NCBI GenBank assembly: GCA_020632335.1
Contig: JACKFV010000002.1
Coordinates: 1 to 32,000 of the forward strand
Direction of reading: 5' to 3'
Source of the DNA: Candidatus Saccharimonadota bacterium
GTDB taxonomy: Bacteria > Patescibacteriota > Gracilibacteria > UBA4473
DNA: 32,000 nucleotides
Position numbers and translations under genes: made by a program. Of the stretch, positions 31,646 to 32,000 are shown in pieces. The notes beneath the pieces were generated by a model. That model made no database searches. It had not been told where the DNA came from and saw only the letters and a list, made by a program, of their open reading frames with translations. Position 1 is the first letter of the stretch. Each line of letters starts with the position of its first letter.

Positions 31646-32000
31646 CTAGAGCAGCCCGTCGATCACCAGCGCTGCCTCCGCACGGGTGATGGGGTCGTCG
31701 GGTCGCACGAGCCGTTCCTCAGGGAGGAGGCGGTGGGTGCGGGCATAACGCTCATACGGGGCTTGCCAGATGTCGCCCGGCTGGTGCTCGAGCTCCTCCT
31801 CGCGGCTGAGGCTTGTAATGCTGAGCTTGAGGAATTCCGCCAGCGTGACGCTCTTCTCTGGCCGGAAGGTATCATGGCTATAGCCCGTCACAATGCCCTT
31901 TTTACTCGCAGTAGCCACCCAGGGGATGTACCACGCGCCTCGCTCCAGGTCTCGGAAGAAGGGAATAGTGCTCGGCTCCAGCGACGTCTCACTGGCGCTT
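31646..32000 (-). CDS. SLH (S-layer homology) domain-containing protein, C-terminal part (5' end beyond the right edge)
   Basis: The minus-strand frame stays open to the window edge. It reads ...FFRDLERGAWYIPWVATASKKGIVTGYSHDTFRPEKSVTLAEFLKL...ITRAEAALVIDGLL, which fits the SLH pattern (W..yi..a...GI..Gy....F.P....T.aEf). Confidence 0.7.
   Translation of the reverse strand, partial: SASETSLEPSTIPFFRDLERGAWYIPWVATASKKGIVTGYSHDTFRPEKSVTLAEFLKLSITSLSREEELEHQPGDIWQAPYERYARTHRLLPEERLVRPDDPITRAEAALVIDGLL

Noticed and set aside
1-32000. Search for CRISPR arrays, tandem repeats, tRNA, rRNA or tmRNA genes, IS elements, integrases and classic defence or toxin-antitoxin gene pairs.
   Set aside because: Reading by eye, I found no regularly spaced direct repeats, no cloverleaf-compatible sequence with a GTTCGAATC-like T-loop in the intergenic regions, and no transposase, integrase or nuclease ORFs. 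Small RNAs could still be missed without covariance-model tools.

Overview
By eye the window is about 60% G+C. It is densely packed with housekeeping genes from an unidentified bacterium. The gene content and near-absence of Shine-Dalgarno sequences would fit an uncultivated or streamlined lineage, but I cannot place it from sequence alone. The standard genetic code applies: TAA, TAG and TGA all terminate conserved genes.

Genes recognised, left to right:
- RelA/SpoT HD domain (partial)
- NifS/IscS-like cysteine desulfurase
- Wzz-like membrane protein
- SET-domain methyltransferase
- glyQS
- XRE-type HTH protein
- a solitary V/A-type ATPase B subunit
- xylose-isomerase-like TIM-barrel protein
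- a minus-strand block of priA, a small membrane protein, 2-oxoacid:ferredoxin oxidoreductase alpha and beta, and ADP-forming acyl-CoA synthetase
- VIT1/CCC1 transporter
- PrsW-like protease
- ftsA-ftsZ
- an MFS transporter interrupted by one in-frame TAA
- lysS with an extra C-terminal domain
- DUF1653 protein
- an AT-rich orphan ORF
- argS
- DUF2200 protein
- beta-CASP/MBL ribonuclease with a basic tail
- rplY (L25/Ctc)
- trmD
- an AT-rich two-gene cassette
- der
- a partial SLH-domain protein

I found no rRNA, tRNA, CRISPR array, transposase or integrase.

Most interesting observations:
1. Two apparently homologous promoter-plus-leader modules of about 150 nt sit on opposite strands, upstream of the MFS gene and of the AT-rich cassette. 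They are a candidate new cis-regulatory RNA.
2. The 1.1-kb AT-rich cassette encodes two membrane-anchored orphan proteins. It is bounded by a 10-bp direct repeat and carries an internal repeated 18-19-nt box.
3. LysRS is fused to a C-terminal domain of about 150 aa that looks DUF2000/PTH2-like.
4. Several genes show a pervasive leaderless layout, with a -10 hexamer exactly 6 nt before the ATG.
5. An in-frame TAA in the MFS gene falls where I would expect a tyrosine codon.
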